Part shown: piece by piece, positions 45,636-54,969 of the stretch
Numbering within the stretch: the first letter of the stretch is position 1
Layout of the letters: each line of letters starts with the position of its first letter
Position numbers and translations under genes: made by a program
Origin: Pyrinomonadaceae bacterium
GTDB taxonomy: Bacteria > Acidobacteriota > Blastocatellia > Pyrinomonadales > Pyrinomonadaceae
Direction of reading: 5' to 3'
Assembly: GCA_046313635.1 (NCBI GenBank)
Contig: JBKBYA010000010.1
Coordinates: forward strand, 67,092-131,091
DNA: 64,000 bases
Notes under the pieces: generated by a model
Seen by the model: only the letters and a program-made list of their open reading frames with translations
Told to the model about the DNA's origin: nothing
The model's database searches: none

Positions 45636-47363
45636 GTGAGAAGCACTTTGGTCCGTCTATTCGTACTCGCCGCGGCCATTCAATTCGGCATTTCGGTTCA
45701 GGCTCAAGACAAGTCGCCCTCGGGCCGGCGCCAGCCCGAGGCACCGACCTCGCAGGCTCCTGCCGCCACCGCGGCACGGCCCGCCGCGACAGCGGCCGAG
45801 GATGTAGAGTCCGACGTCGCGGAGGCCCTCGCCGTCATCGAAAGGAATCACGTCTCCGGAAGCAAGCTTAACTACAACGAGCTTTTTAAGACGGCGATCG
45901 ACACGATGCTCCATTCGCTCGACCCGCACTCGAACTATTTCGACGCTAAAGAATTTGAGCAGTTCCGCACGGACCAGAGCTCTCGCTACTTCGGCATCGG
46001 AGCGACGATCGGCGATCTCAGCGATGAGAAAGGAAATGTCATCGCGACCTTCATCAAGGCCACTTTTGACAACTCGCCCGCCAATCGCGCGGGGCTCCGC
46101 TACGGCGACAAGATCGTCGAGGTCAACGGCACGAACACGCTCGGCAAGCCTCTCACGGCCGTCCGCGAGCTGCTGCGCGGCCCGCGCGGTACGGTCGCGA
46201 AAGTGACCGTCGAGAGATACGCGACCGGCAAGCGCGAGACCGTCGAGATCGTTCGCGATGCAGTGCCGCAGCCGTCGATCGCCGAGGCGTATATGATCCG
46301 TCCGGGCATCGGTTATATCGGGATGACAGGCGGCTTTAACCAGACGACATACGGCGAGTTTGTCGAGGCGATGCGGGCGCTCAAGCAGCAGGGGATGCAG
46401 CAGCTCGTGCTCGACCTGCGGGGCAACGGCGGCGGGCTCGTCGGCCAGGCCTACCGGGTCGCCAACGCCTTTTTGTCGACCGGCCAGATCGTTTTTACGC
46501 AGAAGGGCCGTCTCGGCGGCACATCAGACGCCTATCGCGCGCAAAATCCAAACCCCGACAATACGCCGATCGTCGTGCTCGTCAACCGCAACACGGCTTC
46601 GGCGTCCGAGATCCTGTCCGGCGCGCTCCAAGATCACGACCGCGCTCTGATCGTCGGCGAAAACACATTCGGCAAGGGACTTGTGCAGAATCCGTTCGTC
46701 CTCGACTACGGCTCGATGCTGCTGCTTACCATCGCAAAGTACGAGACGCCGGCCGGTCGGCTCATTCAGCGCGACTATTCCAACGGCAATCTTTACGACT
46801 ATTACACCAAGGGCGGCATCGGCAGCGACGACGAGCCCGGGTCGCCAACGGGCGTCGAGAGCAGGACCGATTCGGGTCGAACGGTCTATAGCGGCGGCGG
46901 CATCGCGCCGGACGTCCAGGTCAAGCCCGACACCATCCCGGTCGAGCGGGCCCGCTCGCAGCAGAAGCTTGCGAATCCGGTCTTCGCATTTGCCCTCGAT
47001 CTGGCCGCGGGACGCGTCAAAGGGTTTGAGACCTATCGCGTCGACAAGCCGATCGTGTTTGACTACGACATCAAGGCCAGCGATTTCGTCGTGACGGATG
47101 TTCTGTATCAGGAATTCAAAAAATTTGCCGTCAGCAAGTACAAGATGAGCGCAGCCGCGGTCGACCGCGAACGCGAGTTTGTCGAGCGGGCCCTGAGGAC
47201 CGAGCTGGTCACGGCGGCCTACGGAACGCAAACGTCCTTTCAGGTCTTTAACGAGTACGACAATCAGCTGCGCAAGGGCATCGAGCTTCTCCCGCAGGCA
47301 AAGCAGCTTGCCATCGCCGGAGCACGCGCGAATGCGACGCGAGCGGCCGACGCCAATCGCTGA
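45636..47363 (+). CDS. S41 C-terminal processing peptidase with PDZ domain
   Basis: Signal peptide, LDPHS, PDZ, DLRGNGGG, TASASEI and TFGKG. GTG start at 45636 follows CAGGAG. Confidence 0.92.
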   Translation: MRSTLVRLFVLAAAIQFGISVQAQDKSPSGRRQPEAPTSQAPAATAARPAATAAEDVESDVAEALAVIERNHVSGSKLNYNELFKTAIDTMLHSLDPHSNYFDAKEFEQFRTDQSSRYFGIGATIGDLSDEKGNVIATFIKATFDNSPANRAGLRYGDKIVEVNGTNTLGKPLTAVRELLRGPRGTVAKVTVERYATGKRETVEIVRDAVPQPSIAEAYMIRPGIGYIGMTGGFNQTTYGEFVEAMRALKQQGMQQLVLDLRGNGGGLVGQAYRVANAFLSTGQIVFTQKGRLGGTSDAYRAQNPNPDNTPIVVLVNRNTASASEILSGALQDHDRALIVGENTFGKGLVQNPFVLDYGSMLLLTIAKYETPAGRLIQRDYSNGNLYDYYTKGGIGSDDEPGSPTGVESRTDSGRTVYSGGGIAPDVQVKPDTIPVERARSQQKLANPVFAFALDLAAGRVKGFETYRVDKPIVFDYDIKASDFVVTDVLYQEFKKFAVSKYKMSAAAVDREREFVERALRTELVTAAYGTQTSFQVFNEYDNQLRKGIELLPQAKQLAIAGARANATRAADANR

Positions 47364-47384
47364 TCGATCGCTGCAAATAACAGG

Positions 47385-47421
47385 AAAGAGGCCGTCCGAA
47401 AAGTGCGGCCTCTTCTGATTT
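47385..47421 (+). terminator. Intrinsic terminator-like hairpin after the S41 gene
   Basis: AAGAGGCCG-loop-CGGCCTCTT followed by CTGATTT. Confidence 0.55.
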
Positions 47422-47506
47422 AATTGCCGATCACGCTTTTGTGTTCGATCGATCACCGCCGCCGGACCCGATGGGTCGAGAGGGCCCGGCGAGGTCGAAG
47501 CAACGC

Positions 47507-47535
47507 AAAAAGTAAAAGGGCGTTTCGACGCCCTT
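47507..47535 (-). terminator. Intrinsic terminator for the minus-strand small ORF / M28 gene
   Basis: Minus strand AAGGGCGT-CGAA-ACGCCCTT followed by TTACTTTTT. Confidence 0.7.
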
Positions 47536-47578
47536 CATCGATGCATGGTTGTGACGGTCGCCTGGTTTGCCGCTTACG

Positions 47579-47746
47579 TCAGTAAAGCATCCACCTCACG
47601 AGATAGTAGACCCCGACGCCGAGCCCCACGAGCACGAGAAGCACGATGAGCGAGATCGCCGCGACGACGAGCTTGAATTTTCGGTAGCGATTCTCGTCGG
47701 GCGGCGACAGCTGATTCTGCGGAAAGTATGGCGGAGGCCTGTTCAT
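47579..47746 (-). CDS. 55-aa single-pass membrane protein (not in ORF track)
   Basis: AAGGAG RBS; MNRPPPYFPQNQLSPPDENRYRKFKLVVAAISLIVLLVLVGLGVGVYYLVRWMLY*; followed by a terminator. Confidence 0.7.
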   Translation of the reverse strand: MNRPPPYFPQNQLSPPDENRYRKFKLVVAAISLIVLLVLVGLGVGVYYLVRWMLY

Positions 47747-47807
47747 TTTGTTTCTCTCCTTTTCGATCTCTAACTTAACACTGCGATCCCTGCGAAGCTA
47801 AAGCGAT

Positions 47808-49250
47808 CTATCGCGGCAGCGGCCGCTCAATATTCGCGAGGCCGTAAGCGAGCACGGCCATTACGGAGCCGACCTCGGCGAGCTGCTTCGGGTCGACCTT
47901 GTCAAAGGTGTCGGCCGCCGTGTGGTGATAGTTGAAATACGTCTGCTGGTTGAACCACGGCGCGAATGAAGGCACGCCTCGCTGCGTCAGATTTGCGATG
48001 TCGGCGCCTACGCCGGGCAGCACCTGCGAGAGGCCCGCTCCCTGCGAAAGCAGGATCTTGGAGAGCGGCGCGAGATACGGCAGGGCCTCGGGCTTGCCCG
48101 CGAAATTGAAGCCGAGCGGGTGCGACGCTCCGAGGTCCGACTCGAGCGCGGCAAAGTGGTTGGCGATATTGTTCTTTTGCTCCTCGGCGTAAACGTCCGA
48201 GCCCGTGCCGCCAAATTCTTCGTCCATCCAGGCGATCATTCGGATCGTCCGCTTCGGCTTGAGGCCGAGCTGCTTGAGCAGGAAGGGCACCTGCATCGAG
48301 ACGGCGACGCCGGTCGCGTCGTCGAGAGCTCCTTGCCCGAGGTCCCACGAGTCGAGATGCCCTGAGACGATGACGATCTCGTCCGGTCTTTCCGATCCCT
48401 TTAGGTCGGCGATGACGTTATAGCTCTCGGCGTCGGGCAGCGTCTTTGGCGTAAGCGTGAGGTGCATTTTCACCGTTCCCTGCCGCGCGAGGAATGCGAT
48501 CATCTCGGCGTCCTCGTACGTGACGGCGGCGCCCGGGATCTTTTCGACGCCGTCGGCGTAACGCATCGCGCCGGTGTGAGCGAGCCGATTCTGCGAGCCG
48601 CCTGCCGAGCGAACGAGCGCTGCGATCGCTCCGAGCCGTGCGGCCGCGACAGCTCCGCCGCCGCGATACTGCACGGCCTGCCCGTAAGCTGCGCCGCCGA
48701 ATCCGGCCGCCTGCAGATCGCGATCGAATTTGAAATTGAAGAGTACGATCTTGCCCTGTACCTTTTCACGGCCGAGAGCATTGAGCTCGTCGTAGTTGCC
48801 GACGACCACGATCTCGCCCCGGAGCCCTTCGGCCGGAGTCGCAACGCTCCCGGCGAGGGCGGTGAGCACGACCTTTTGCGTCGTGCCGCGGGCCATTCCC
48901 GGATACTCGATCAGCGCTCCCGTTTCGACGCCGCGGACCCAATGCGGGACCATCACCTTTTGCAAACGCACGTCGAGCCCGAGCTTTCGCATCTCGTCGG
49001 CGACGTACTCGACCGCACGCTGCGCCTGCGCCGAGCCGGAGGGCCGCGCCCCGATGTTGTACGAGAGGGCCGCCGTCTGCCGGTAGGCGTAGTCGCTCGC
49101 CAGCGCCGCCTGCTGTAGCCGCTTGAGATCGTCCAGCGTTTGGCGGCTGTAAAGCTGAGGCGTCGGCGACGTCTGGGCCTGCTGGGCCGCGGCGATGCAC
49201 GCACAAAGCAAGATGAAGACGGTTGTCAGAAGGCAGGTTTTCTGATGCAT
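47808..49250 (-). CDS. M28 family peptidase (carboxypeptidase Q-like, PA domain)
   Basis: Signal peptide; SGHLDSWD, GALDD, DEEFG and YHHTAADT. Confidence 0.9.
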   Translation of the reverse strand: MHQKTCLLTTVFILLCACIAAAQQAQTSPTPQLYSRQTLDDLKRLQQAALASDYAYRQTAALSYNIGARPSGSAQAQRAVEYVADEMRKLGLDVRLQKVMVPHWVRGVETGALIEYPGMARGTTQKVVLTALAGSVATPAEGLRGEIVVVGNYDELNALGREKVQGKIVLFNFKFDRDLQAAGFGGAAYGQAVQYRGGGAVAAARLGAIAALVRSAGGSQNRLAHTGAMRYADGVEKIPGAAVTYEDAEMIAFLARQGTVKMHLTLTPKTLPDAESYNVIADLKGSERPDEIVIVSGHLDSWDLGQGALDDATGVAVSMQVPFLLKQLGLKPKRTIRMIAWMDEEFGGTGSDVYAEEQKNNIANHFAALESDLGASHPLGFNFAGKPEALPYLAPLSKILLSQGAGLSQVLPGVGADIANLTQRGVPSFAPWFNQQTYFNYHHTAADTFDKVDPKQLAEVGSVMAVLAYGLANIERPLPR

Positions 49251-49358
49251 ATCGATCGTGTGAGGCGGACGGCCCAATCATAACAACCGGATGCTAAGTT
49301 CCAAAATTCTATGCCATAATGTTCTCGCTCTAACATCCACTTTCAAAAGGGTTTTACT

Positions 49359-51428
49359 ATGAAGCGCAAACTATTTCTGCTAATCGCGTTGATCTGTGTA
49401 TCGGCCGCGTCCTCGTCGGCTTTTGCACAGACTGCATTCGGGGTGAACGACCTGATCGGTCTCAAACGCGTGGGCGACCCGCAGGTCTCGCCCGACGGCC
49501 GGACGATCGCCTTCACCATCGGCACGGTCGACAAGGCCGCGAACCGCACGCTGACCCAGATCTACACCATGCCCGTCGGCGGCGGCACGCCGCGGCAGAT
49601 CACTAAAGGAACTTCGTCGAGCAGCTCGCCGCGCTGGTCGCCAGACGGCAAGCGGATCGCGTACGTTACGGGCGGCCAGATCTGGACGATGGAGCCCGAC
49701 GGCGACGATACCGAGCAGATCACGCGCATCTCTACCGGAGCCTCGCAGCCGGTCTGGTCGCCCGACGGCAACTGGATCGCATTCCTCTCCGAGGTTTACC
49801 CGGAATGTAAAAGCGACGACTGCAACAAGGCCGAGGACGCCCGCGTCGAGGCGAGCAAGGTGCAGGCAAAGGTCGCCGAACGGCTTCTCTACCGGCACTG
49901 GGCCGAATGGCGCGACCGCAAGCGCACGCACGTGTTTGTCGTCGCGGCAAAGGGCGGCGTCGCACGCGATATGACGCCGGGCGACTTTGATTCGCCGCCT
50001 TATGCCGCGGCGAGCGGCGTCGATTTTGCGTTCTCGCCCGACTCGCAGGAGATCGCATTCCTCAAGAATCCCGACAAGGTCGAGGCCACCTCGACAAACA
50101 GCGACATCTTCGTCGCAAGGCTCGCCGGCGGCGACGGATCGGCGAAGAACATTACGCAGGCCAATCGCGGCTACGACGCCTCGCCGATGTACACGCCGGA
50201 CGGCAAATACATCCTCTTCCGTTCGCAGGCGACGGCAACCTTCGAGGCCGATCGCTGGCGAATAATGCGCTACGACCGCGCGACGGGACAGACCGTCGAG
50301 CTGACGCGCGGATTTGACCAGCAGGTTGACGAGATGACGCTGTCGGCTGACGGCAGGACCATATACTTTATTGCCGGCACGCGCGGCCGCGCTCCGATCT
50401 ATTCGGTGCCGGTCGAGCCCGACCTTCGGCAGCGGACGCGAACGTTCGTCAAACAGGTCGTGAGCGGCGTCTCGGCGAGCGGACTAAGCGTCGCGAGCGA
50501 CGGCCGCACGCTCGTCTTTCTGAACAGTTCTGCTGCGGCGCCGGCCGAGGTCTATCGTGCGACGATCGACGGCGGAGCAGCGACCGCCTTGACGACCGTC
50601 AACGACGCGGCGCTGCGGCCCTTTGGCCTGAAGCGCGTCGAGGAGGTCGAGTGGAAGGGAGCCTTTAATGCGCCGGTCCACGGCTTTTTGCTCAAGCCGG
50701 CCAATTTCGACGCGTCGCGCAAGTATCCTCTGATCGTGCTGATCCACGGCGGGCCGCAGGGCGCTTGGAACGATAACTGGGGCTACCGCTGGAATCCGCA
50801 GATCTATGCCAACCGCGGCTACGTCGTCTTTATGCCAAATCCGCGCGGCTCGACCGGCTACGGCCAGCAGTTTGTCAACGAGGTCTCGGCCGACTGGGGC
50901 GGCCGCGCTTTCACCGACATTATGAATGGCGTCGCGCAGGTGATCCGCGATCCGTCAATCGATCGGTCTCGCATCGGAGCCGCGGGCGCGAGCTACGGCG
51001 GCTACATGGTCAACTGGATCCTCGGCCACAACAACGACCCGCGATTCAAGTTCAAGGCGCTCGTCTCGCACGCGGGCGTTTACAATCTCGAATCGATGGC
51101 CGCGTCGACCGAGGAGCTGTGGTTCGTCAACTGGGAATTTAAGGGAATGCCCTGGGAAAATCCGGTCAACTACCAGCGCTGGTCGCCGAACAAGTTCGTC
51201 AAGAACTTCAACACGCCGACGCTGGTCACCGCCGGCGAGCTCGACTATCGCGTGCCCGTCGACCAGAGCCTGCAGCTCTTTACGGCTCTGCAGCTCCGCA
51301 ACGTCCCGTCGAAGCTGATCGTCTTTCCCGACGAGGGACACTGGATACTCAAGCCGCAAAATTCCGAGTTCTGGTATTCGAACGTGCTCGAGTGGTTTGA
51401 CAAGTATCTCAAGCCCGAGCGCAATTAA
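49359..51428 (+). CDS. S9 family (prolyl oligopeptidase / dipeptidyl-peptidase-like) serine peptidase
   Basis: Signal peptide; PD40 repeats (WSPDG), IHGGP, GASYGG, DYRV and DEGH. Confidence 0.93.
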   Translation: MKRKLFLLIALICVSAASSSAFAQTAFGVNDLIGLKRVGDPQVSPDGRTIAFTIGTVDKAANRTLTQIYTMPVGGGTPRQITKGTSSSSSPRWSPDGKRIAYVTGGQIWTMEPDGDDTEQITRISTGASQPVWSPDGNWIAFLSEVYPECKSDDCNKAEDARVEASKVQAKVAERLLYRHWAEWRDRKRTHVFVVAAKGGVARDMTPGDFDSPPYAAASGVDFAFSPDSQEIAFLKNPDKVEATSTNSDIFVARLAGGDGSAKNITQANRGYDASPMYTPDGKYILFRSQATATFEADRWRIMRYDRATGQTVELTRGFDQQVDEMTLSADGRTIYFIAGTRGRAPIYSVPVEPDLRQRTRTFVKQVVSGVSASGLSVASDGRTLVFLNSSAAAPAEVYRATIDGGAATALTTVNDAALRPFGLKRVEEVEWKGAFNAPVHGFLLKPANFDASRKYPLIVLIHGGPQGAWNDNWGYRWNPQIYANRGYVVFMPNPRGSTGYGQQFVNEVSADWGGRAFTDIMNGVAQVIRDPSIDRSRIGAAGASYGGYMVNWILGHNNDPRFKFKALVSHAGVYNLESMAASTEELWFVNWEFKGMPWENPVNYQRWSPNKFVKNFNTPTLVTAGELDYRVPVDQSLQLFTALQLRNVPSKLIVFPDEGHWILKPQNSEFWYSNVLEWFDKYLKPERN

Positions 51429-53132
51429 ATGATGATGCGACGCCCGCTCCTTCTGGCGTGGATGGCCTCGGCCATCCTCTTTTTTGTCGGCACGCCGGCG
51501 GCGGCGCAGACGGCGGTCCGCTTTGACCGGCCGCGGACGTTCGATGTCGAACGATACGTGATCAGGCTGCGGTTTGACCGCGCGAAAAGGACGGTCTTCG
51601 GCGACACGACCGTGACGCTTGCTCCCATCGACCGGCCGCTTCGCACGGTCGAGCTCGACGCCGTCGGTATGACGTTTCAGTCCGTCGAGCTCGGTCCCCC
51701 GGCCGCCTCGAAACGCCTCGCGGCAAAGAGCGCCGGAGGAAAGGTAGCCGTCAAGCTCGACCGTGCCTATCGCCCCGGCGAGACGATCGCTCTCAGATTC
51801 GTCTATTCGACGCGGCCGCAGAAGGGCGTCTTTTTCGTCCCCGCGCTGATCGAAGACGGCAAGGAGGTACGCTCCGAGCAGATCTGGACGCAGAATCAGC
51901 CCGAAGACGCCCGGCACTGGTTTCCGTCATTCGACTTTCCGAGCGACAAGGCGACGACCGAGCTCTTTATTAACGCCCGCAAAGACGAGACAGTCGTCTC
52001 GAACGGACGAGAGCTCGAGCCGATCGCCGAGGCCGACGGCAGCGTGACGCGCCACTTCGAAATGGACGTGCCGCATTCGACGTACCTCGTCTCGTTTGTC
52101 GTCGGCAGATACGTACGACAAGAAGGAACTTCGCGCGGCGTTCCGCTCGGCTACTACGTCTATCCCGGCCGCGAGGCGATCGTGCCGCGGGCGTTTGGCA
52201 GCACTCCGCGAATGATCGAGGCATTCGAGGACGCGACGGGCGTCAAATTCCCTTTCAACAAGTACGACCAGACGATCGTCGGCGGGTTTGAGAATTTGAG
52301 CGGAATGGAGAATATCACCGCGACCACGCTGTCCGACCGCGACGTCTTTTTTGCCGAACTCGATCTCGGCCGTGCCACGGTCGAGGATCTCGTCTCGCAC
52401 GAGCTCGCGCATTCGTGGTTCGGCAATATGGTGACGTGCCGCAACTGGTCGGAGCTGTGGCTGAACGAGGGCTTCGCGACATTTATGGAGGCCGTCTCGC
52501 GAGAGCGGCTGTACGGCCGCGACAGCTATATCCGAAAGCTCCGCTCCGACGTCGCACAGTATTTGGCGGACGACGCGATCGCAAAACGCCGCCACGCGCT
52601 CGTCAACCTCACGGCTCGGCCCGACGACAGCCTCTTTGACGCCACGACGTATCAGAAAGGCGCCGCCGTCATACATATGCTCCGCGAGGAGGTCGGCGAC
52701 GAAGCCTTTTGGAAGGCGGTCAACGCGTACCTGCAAAAATTCAGATTCGGAAATGTTGTGACAAGCGACCTGCAGGCCGCGATGGAAGCAGCGGCCGGCC
52801 GCAAACTCGACTGGTTCTTCAAACAGTGGGTTTATTCGACGGGATATCCCAAGCTCGAATATGATCACGAATTCAATAGGGCGGACGGAACGCTGCGCAT
52901 CCGCGTTCGCCAGACCCAGACGGCCGCGGGCGTTGCTCCCGAGTTTTTTCGTCTGCCGCTCGAGATCGAGGTGGCGACGGCCTCAGGCCATAAACTTGTT
53001 CCGCTCATGATGAACGCCAGAACTGCGGAGATCATCGTCAGGGTCGGCGGCGAGCCGACCGCCGTCCGCATAGACCCGCAGGAGAAGCTCATTCTCAAAA
53101 GCGTCAACGTGCAAAAAGCCGCCCAAAAATAA
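51429..53132 (+). CDS. M1 family aminopeptidase
   Basis: Signal peptide; SGMEN, HELAHSWFG...WLNEG and YQKG. Confidence 0.93.
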   Translation: MMMRRPLLLAWMASAILFFVGTPAAAQTAVRFDRPRTFDVERYVIRLRFDRAKRTVFGDTTVTLAPIDRPLRTVELDAVGMTFQSVELGPPAASKRLAAKSAGGKVAVKLDRAYRPGETIALRFVYSTRPQKGVFFVPALIEDGKEVRSEQIWTQNQPEDARHWFPSFDFPSDKATTELFINARKDETVVSNGRELEPIAEADGSVTRHFEMDVPHSTYLVSFVVGRYVRQEGTSRGVPLGYYVYPGREAIVPRAFGSTPRMIEAFEDATGVKFPFNKYDQTIVGGFENLSGMENITATTLSDRDVFFAELDLGRATVEDLVSHELAHSWFGNMVTCRNWSELWLNEGFATFMEAVSRERLYGRDSYIRKLRSDVAQYLADDAIAKRRHALVNLTARPDDSLFDATTYQKGAAVIHMLREEVGDEAFWKAVNAYLQKFRFGNVVTSDLQAAMEAAAGRKLDWFFKQWVYSTGYPKLEYDHEFNRADGTLRIRVRQTQTAAGVAPEFFRLPLEIEVATASGHKLVPLMMNARTAEIIVRVGGEPTAVRIDPQEKLILKSVNVQKAAQK

Positions 53133-53164
53133 AGGTCCCGAGCCGCGAAGCTCGGGACCTTTTT
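53126..53164. terminator. Bidirectional intrinsic terminator
   Basis: AAAATAAAGGTCCCGAGC-CGCGAA-GCTCGGGACCTTTTT, with a U-rich tract on both strands. Confidence 0.85.
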
Positions 53165-53246
53165 CCTTGAGAAGACCGGATGTCTGCTTGCTTGTGTTGA
53201 AAAAGCATGCTGGGAAGCACAAACAAAGCTGCCGTGACTGGCCAAT

Positions 53247-53410
53247 CTCTTTGATCTACTTCTTTGCCACACCTACGAGGTTAGCTGCCGGGCTAGGAAC
53301 GAAAGAGTATCCCCGCAACCCATCGGTTGCTTCGCCCCTGGAATCCGCTCCGAAAAGCCTCATCCTTTGGGTCCCCCGCGACAGATCTCACGATCTGACT
53401 TCGGTGATCA
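53247..53410 (-). ncRNA. c-di-AMP (ydaO/yuaA class) riboswitch aptamer
   Basis: Minus strand reads CACCGAA-[CAGAUC-GUGA-GAUCUG]-CGGGGGACCCA...GGGGCGAA-[GCAACC-GAUG-GGUUGC]-GGGGAUACUCUUUCGUUCCU-AGCCCGGCAGCUAACCUCGUAGGUG...AAAGAG. This shows P1 CACC/GGUG, the conserved GGGGGACCCA, GGGGCGAA and CCCG.CAGCUAACCUCGUA strings, and a loop CUCUUU / 3' AAAGAG pseudoknot. Confidence 0.85.
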
Positions 53411-53426
53411 ACTTTTCAACGACGTT

Positions 53427-53456
53427 AGGTTAACACACCGAATGCGGATTCACCAA
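53427..53456 (-). promoter_or_regulatory. Candidate promoter for the riboswitch RNA
   Basis: TTGGTG-N18-TAACCT with an extended -10 TG, about 20 nt upstream of P1. Confidence 0.35.
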
Positions 53457-53574
53457 GGATTTTGGCCGCGATCGCAAATTTTCCACAACTCGTCCGCAGC
53501 CCCGCCGCGGAAGTTGGTCGTCCCGCGGCCCAAAACCTTGCCCCGCCGAGGAGCCGCCACTCTCGGCCGCCCTC

Positions 53575-53672
53575 CCCGACCGTCGGCGCCGTGATCGTCT
53601 GCTTTGTCACATTGCCGTTATTGACCGCCGCTGTGGCTCCGTATTCGTGATCGAGCTTGAGCAGATTCGTCA
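53575..53672 (-). pseudogene. Rhs/YD core fragment
   Basis: TNLLKLDHEYGATAAVNNGNVTKQTITAPTVG, fused in frame to the truncated IS3 orfB. Confidence 0.6.
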
Positions 53673-54198
53673 CAAGGAACCGACCCATCTTCAGGTCCTT
53701 TGCGATCCGCCTCGACCCGTATCGCCGAAGATGAAACCGGAAGCGCTTCCTGACTCGCTCGGCGTCGCTGTTTTTACGAGAATCTTCGCGGCTCCGCCGC
53801 TTCAGATACTCGTAAAAACACGACCGGTTCACCCGCATCACCCGGCACAAAACACGCACCGGATAATTCACCCTCTCTTTGTCAATGAACCAGCACCGGT
53901 CTATGGGCTTTTGCCGAAGATAAGCGCCGCCTTTTTTAAAATGTCCCGCTCCATTTCCACTTCCCGCAGCTTCCGCTTGAGCTCGATCATCTCACGCTCG
54001 ACATCACTCGCGACTTCCAGCTTTTGCTTCTTCCACGCATGCAGCTGAGCTGTCGACCCCCCCAATTCCCGTGCCGCCGATGCCACCGACTGCCCATCGA
54101 GAACCTTCCTCACCGCCTCTCGCTTGAACTCTTCATCGTACTTCTTCATACTCCAATTCTATCCAGAGTTTCGTGTCCGGCTAAATTAGACCACCTCA
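53673..54198 (-). mobile_element. Truncated IS3-family element (left end, orfA, 5' part of orfB)
   Basis: Left end TGAGGTGGTCTAATTTAGCCGGACAC at 54198. orfA 53901..54149 (KKYDEEFKREAV...ERDILKKAALIF). A_AAA_AAG slippery site at 53931-53937 leads into a -1 frame reading WFIDKERVNYPVRVLCRVMRVNRSCFY...YGSRRI. The DDE domain and right end are missing. Confidence 0.85.
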
Positions 54199-54283
54199 CT
54201 CCCGTGCTGGTTGTTGTAATATCTTGCCTGGGCGAAGTCCAGATCAATCTCATTATCACGTTCATACGAGGTGAACTGCTTGT
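54199..54283 (-). pseudogene. Rhs core-tip fragment interrupted by IS3
   Basis: KQFTSYERDNEIDLDFAQARYYNNQHG ends exactly at the IS3 left end. Confidence 0.8.
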
Positions 54284-54305
54284 CGCCGCAGTTCTATAAT
54301 CCAAA

Positions 54306-54959
54306 TTACTTCTTTGGTTTAACCAGTTTCTCTAATTCGGAAACTCTTTTCTTTATCTCTTTGTAGTCGTCGGATTCGGGCGCGTAAGAAGCTCCGCGAA
54401 GAAAGATCCTGTAATGTTTAATAGCGTTCTCGTAATCGCCCAAGCCATCGTAGGCCTCACCTATTACACGATCATGAACGTACGAAACATCATAGTCGCC
54501 ATAGAGTTCTTTGGACGTTATCGCTTCTTTTAATCCCTCTTCGAATTTACCTAGGTTTTCTACCAAGATCTTAGCTAAAGCCCAATGCGCCATCGCATCT
54601 TTAGCGTCCTTTTCAATAATTTCTCTTAAATATGTTTCGGCATCTACGTATCGTTTTTGGGCGAGATACAATTCAGCTATTCGCCGGAACATTTCTTTAT
54701 CGTCATTTCCCGCCGCTATTGATTTCTTAAACTGTTCAATCGCTTCGGGGTATTCTCCGGCCGCCTTGTGTTTCAATCCCTCGCGCAGGTACATTGCTTG
54801 TTCCGGCGGCAATGGCTTCGCGAAACCGTTAGACAAAGGACTCGGTGTTGGAGACACGACAACTGACGGCGTCTCCGCGTTCTGCACGAAAACACGGCTC
54901 TCGCATGAGTTTCCCAACAGACTGAAGAAAACGGCGAGAATCAATATGACTTTCCACAT
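54306..54959 (-). CDS. TPR lipoprotein, candidate immunity protein for the upstream Rhs tip
   Basis: Lipobox-like LLGNSC, TPR-like helices, AT-rich, starts 10 nt after the toxin stop. Confidence 0.7.
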   Translation of the reverse strand: MWKVILILAVFFSLLGNSCESRVFVQNAETPSVVVSPTPSPLSNGFAKPLPPEQAMYLREGLKHKAAGEYPEAIEQFKKSIAAGNDDKEMFRRIAELYLAQKRYVDAETYLREIIEKDAKDAMAHWALAKILVENLGKFEEGLKEAITSKELYGDYDVSYVHDRVIGEAYDGLGDYENAIKHYRIFLRGASYAPESDDYKEIKKRVSELEKLVKPKK

Positions 54960-54969
54960 ATATTTCTTT

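Noticed and set aside
47567..47773. 68-aa plus-strand ORF
   Set aside because: It is antisense to the better-supported 55-aa membrane ORF, which has an RBS and a terminator.
52865..53272. Minus-strand ORFs downstream of the riboswitch (135 aa, 79 aa, and a 34-aa ATG frame)
   Set aside because: They run through the terminator, overlap the M1 peptidase antisense, have weak starts and lack protein-like features. Not formally excluded.
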